Part shown: piece after piece, positions 61,312-64,000 of the stretch
Numbering within the stretch: position 1 is the first letter of the stretch
Layout of the letters: each line of letters starts with the position of its first letter
Assembly (NCBI GenBank): GCA_965601925.1
Contig: OZ271854.1
Location: 4,384,001 to 4,448,000, forward strand
Source: Alkalispirochaeta sp.
GTDB lineage: Bacteria; Spirochaetota; Spirochaetia; DSM-27196; Alkalispirochaetaceae
Length of the DNA stretch: 64,000 nt
Direction: 5' to 3'
Made by a program: the position numbers and the translations under genes
The notes under the pieces: generated by a model
What the model was told of the DNA's origin: nothing
Database searches by the model: none
The model's input: only the letters and a program-made list of their open reading frames with translations

Positions 61312-62075
61312 CTCATCCTCAGGAGACTCTTTGCCACAAGTTGCGCAATCTCACCTTTGCGAGTGCTACTGACCGCCTCGTCGTGGCGCATAAGGTGCTC
61401 GAACCGACTGTCGAACTCTTCGGGGAGAATCGGAAGCGACTGAAGCTCCTGGTGCAGGATGCGACCGGCGGGCTCAAACCGACGGTTAATCGCGAACAGC
61501 AAACCGCCGACCGTCTCGAGGAACCGAGCCAACGACAGCTGATAGAAGAGTTTTTCGACCGTGTAGGCCGCGCTGGTGAGATCGGAGAGGGCGTGCTCCA
61601 TATGGGCGCGAAGAATGCGCACCCTTCGAGACCAGAACTCATCGGGAAGATCAGCCAACGTTCGTTTTGCCACCGGCAGCCAGTTGCTGCGATGCATGAC
61701 GATCTCCGAAGACAGGAGACGGTAGAATCCGTAGGTCGACCCGACCGGTTCTCCGCGATCGGGAATGCGCGCTTTGGCAATTAAAAAATCGACATCGCTT
61801 ATCGCCTTGTATTCAACGCGTATCGGAATGTCTTCCAAAAGAAATCGGTCCTTCTGCCCGTCTATCGTCGCCTCGAATGCCGCGGCGAATGTAAACGCAC
61901 GCTCCCGTTCCTCCGGCGCCGGCACACTCCCGTGGTAATACACGTCATAACTGATAAAAAAGCTCGGATCGAAACGATCGCTCCCGAATCGCAACGCCGT
62001 TACGGTGTCGACCGTATCCCACGTCTCCAGGACTGAGATGACCGACCCGTTTGCACGTTGAAGAATTGCATCCAT
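61308..62075 (-). CDS. Hypothetical protein (nucleotidyltransferase-like/DUF4037-like)
   Basis: Coherent 255-aa ORF; LFAINRRF C-terminal motif; family call tentative. Confidence 0.55.
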   Translation of the reverse strand: MDAILQRANGSVISVLETWDTVDTVTALRFGSDRFDPSFFISYDVYYHGSVPAPEERERAFTFAAAFEATIDGQKDRFLLEDIPIRVEYKAISDVDFLIAKARIPDRGEPVGSTYGFYRLLSSEIVMHRSNWLPVAKRTLADLPDEFWSRRVRILRAHMEHALSDLTSAAYTVEKLFYQLSLARFLETVGGLLFAINRRFEPAGRILHQELQSLPILPEEFDSRFEHLMRHDEAVSSTRKGEIAQLVAKSLLRMS

Positions 62076-62105
62076 ACCGACGATACTCTACCATGCTCTC
62101 GATAC

Positions 62106-62633
62106 ATGGTCACCTATCTTGCGGCGCTCCGTTTCGCCGCTAACGTCGAGCATCTACTACGGGCGCTCCAGAACACGCTTTTTTCCGAACAGCGGTATGT
62201 TAGCGCATTGGCGCTTCCCCCGCTCATTCCCCTTGTGTGGATGGCCGATCGACCGACGGACCACACGCTCGATCGAATACGCAAGACTCACTATGTGCGA
62301 CTCACACCCCAAGGAGGATCGGTAGGCGGACCGGTTCCGTGTCTCATCCGTATCGAAGCGCGCGCACCGATCGACTCCTTGGCGAAGTCTCTCTCCGAAA
62401 CGGGCACGTCCATAGCGGGGGGGAAAGCGTCCATACGTCTCGCCTGGGAGCACGATGAACAGAGCGATAGTCCCATTCCTCTTCCCGGGACGTCGGCACT
62501 TTGGTTAAGTATCGTGCAGGTACACGTATCCGGTGAAGCCGATACGTGTCGGCCCGTGGGTAATTGGTGGGACGGTCTACGGTGGGTGGAGGAGTATCGC
62601 CGGCGCCTTACCGTTCGCGAAGGCCGTCCGTAG
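62106..62633 (+). CDS. Hypothetical protein
   Basis: Fills the gap between divergent and convergent neighbours; start uncertain. Confidence 0.5.
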   Translation: MVTYLAALRFAANVEHLLRALQNTLFSEQRYVSALALPPLIPLVWMADRPTDHTLDRIRKTHYVRLTPQGGSVGGPVPCLIRIEARAPIDSLAKSLSETGTSIAGGKASIRLAWEHDEQSDSPIPLPGTSALWLSIVQVHVSGEADTCRPVGNWWDGLRWVEEYRRRLTVREGRP

Positions 62634-62811
62634 CGGCGCTCCCCGCGGGGCGGTGGAGCAAAAGTCTGAGCTCTCGCATCGCCGTCGCCACCCCCGATTC
62701 GGCGTCCGCGGCGGTACCCGCAATCTCGCGTAGACGCCGGGGGAGCGAACGGTGAAACTCGTCGGTCAGTCTTTCCAAACGTTCGTCGAACGTCAAATCG
62801 GCTCTCTCCAT
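62608..62811 (-). CDS. Small hypothetical protein downstream of queG
   Basis: 67-aa helical ORF 5 bp after queG stop. Confidence 0.45.
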   Translation of the reverse strand: MERADLTFDERLERLTDEFHRSLPRRLREIAGTAADAESGVATAMRELRLLLHRPAGSAATDGLRER

Positions 62812-62816
62812 ACTCG

Positions 62817-63914
62817 CTACTTATCGGTATCACCCAGGCCCGTGTGATCGTCGGGTTCTCGCAATCGACGCTCGGCCCACGCCGCATGTTCGGCGATGAT
62901 CTCGTCCTCGTCACGTGCGAGCTCACTCAGACGGGAGATAGCGAATCGTGCGCCGACGTTTGCAGCGGCGATGCACGCATTACGCACGAGGCGCCGGCGC
63001 TTAGCGCGCATCAGAGGAGAGCCGGCGAAGCGCGTCGTGAACTCCTCATCGTCTCGAATGGCGAGAACCTCCGCGAGCTCAAGCCGGGAGCCGGCGATAG
63101 GCGTAACGAACCCCCGGACATCGGTGACCCGCGCGCGTACGTTGAGGGGACACACTTCCTGGCACAAATCGCACCCAAATAACCAGTCTCCCATACCGGG
63201 TCGGAGGCCCTCGGGAATCACGCCGTCATATTCGATGGTCAGGTATGAGATGCAGCGTGAGGCGTCGATACGGTGCGGTGCGTACAGCGCGCCGGTCGGA
63301 CACACGTCGATACAACGACGGCAGTTACCGGGACACGCACCGTGACGGCCTCGCGACTCACCGGAGGGTCGATACCGTTTTGTGGAGAGGATCTCGCCCA
63401 GCACAAACCAGCTGCCGTACTGCGCACTAATGAGGAGCGTGTTACGACCGGTGAACCCGATCCCCGCGCGCTCGGCATAGTAACGTTCCGCAAGAGGTGT
63501 GGCATCGGTCCACGCGCGAAAACGCTCGTCCGGATATCGCTCACTCAGTCGACGCGCCACCCGTTTGAGCCTCTTCCCCAACTCCTTATGATAGTCTCTT
63601 CCCCAGGCGTACCGTGCAATACGACCGCCCTCGGACGACCTACTCGACGGGACTTTTTGATAGTAATTGATCGCTGCAAAGACGACGGACCGAGCTCCCG
63701 TGAAGAACTCTTGCGGATCGTATTTGAGCCGCGCGTGGCGTTCAAGGTAGCGCATCTCTCCGTGATGACCACGTTCGAGCCACGTTGCGTACTCACTCTC
63801 GGCGCCACGGTCGGGCGCGGTGTCGCACACGCCGACAAGTTCCAACCCCTCGGCCGCCAGTAGTCTCGAAAGCTCGTCGTCGACCTCGGGATACCAGGCG
63901 CTTCGCGCGATCAT
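62817..63914 (-). CDS. queG: tRNA epoxyqueuosine(34) reductase
   Basis: ARYAWGRDYH, GFTGRN, GSWFVLGE, CRRCIDVCPT, CISYLTIE, FGCDLCQEVCP; start approximate. Confidence 0.93.
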   Translation of the reverse strand: MIARSAWYPEVDDELSRLLAAEGLELVGVCDTAPDRGAESEYATWLERGHHGEMRYLERHARLKYDPQEFFTGARSVVFAAINYYQKVPSSRSSEGGRIARYAWGRDYHKELGKRLKRVARRLSERYPDERFRAWTDATPLAERYYAERAGIGFTGRNTLLISAQYGSWFVLGEILSTKRYRPSGESRGRHGACPGNCRRCIDVCPTGALYAPHRIDASRCISYLTIEYDGVIPEGLRPGMGDWLFGCDLCQEVCPLNVRARVTDVRGFVTPIAGSRLELAEVLAIRDDEEFTTRFAGSPLMRAKRRRLVRNACIAAANVGARFAISRLSELARDEDEIIAEHAAWAERRLREPDDHTGLGDTDK

Positions 63915-64000
63915 GTGTCCACACCGGCCGACGGACAGTGGTGGGCAATCGGGCAGCCGCCACAATCGGGTTTTCGTGCAAAACAGTAGCGTCGCCCGTG

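Overview
GC-rich bacterial chromosomal segment (roughly 60% GC by eye). Gene content and style suggest a free-living Spirochaetota member; this is an inference, not a database result. It is mostly core genome: the start of a pdhAB operon divergent from an NqrA-less nqrBCDEF-type operon, a REC-PAS-GGDEF-EAL gene coupled to aroK-aroC, envelope hypotheticals, an ABC-F ATPase, RarA with a long C-terminal extension, five tRNAs (His, Arg, Lys, Leu, Gly) followed by tig-clpP-clpX-lon, then DHH, RdgB, pepF and tRNA-Leu(GAG). An accessory-looking block follows: WYL regulator, secreted WD40-transglutaminase-TPR protein, TetR/SDR/hydrolase, pfkA, a phosphotransferase remnant, an SIS protein and LysE. The rest is an MntR-like regulator, hisB, an atypical CLC, pfkB, an aldose-epimerase-like gene, metH, AlaX, D-LDH, RecQ and queG. 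I saw no integrase, transposase, CRISPR array or rRNA. The most notable signals are a recurring leaderless-promoter architecture at about ten genes, the NqrA-less NQR operon with an extra unknown gene, a CLC lacking both coupling glutamates, and a roughly 165-nt nested-hairpin element after lon. Several start codons were moved from the ORF track using RBS or promoter evidence.
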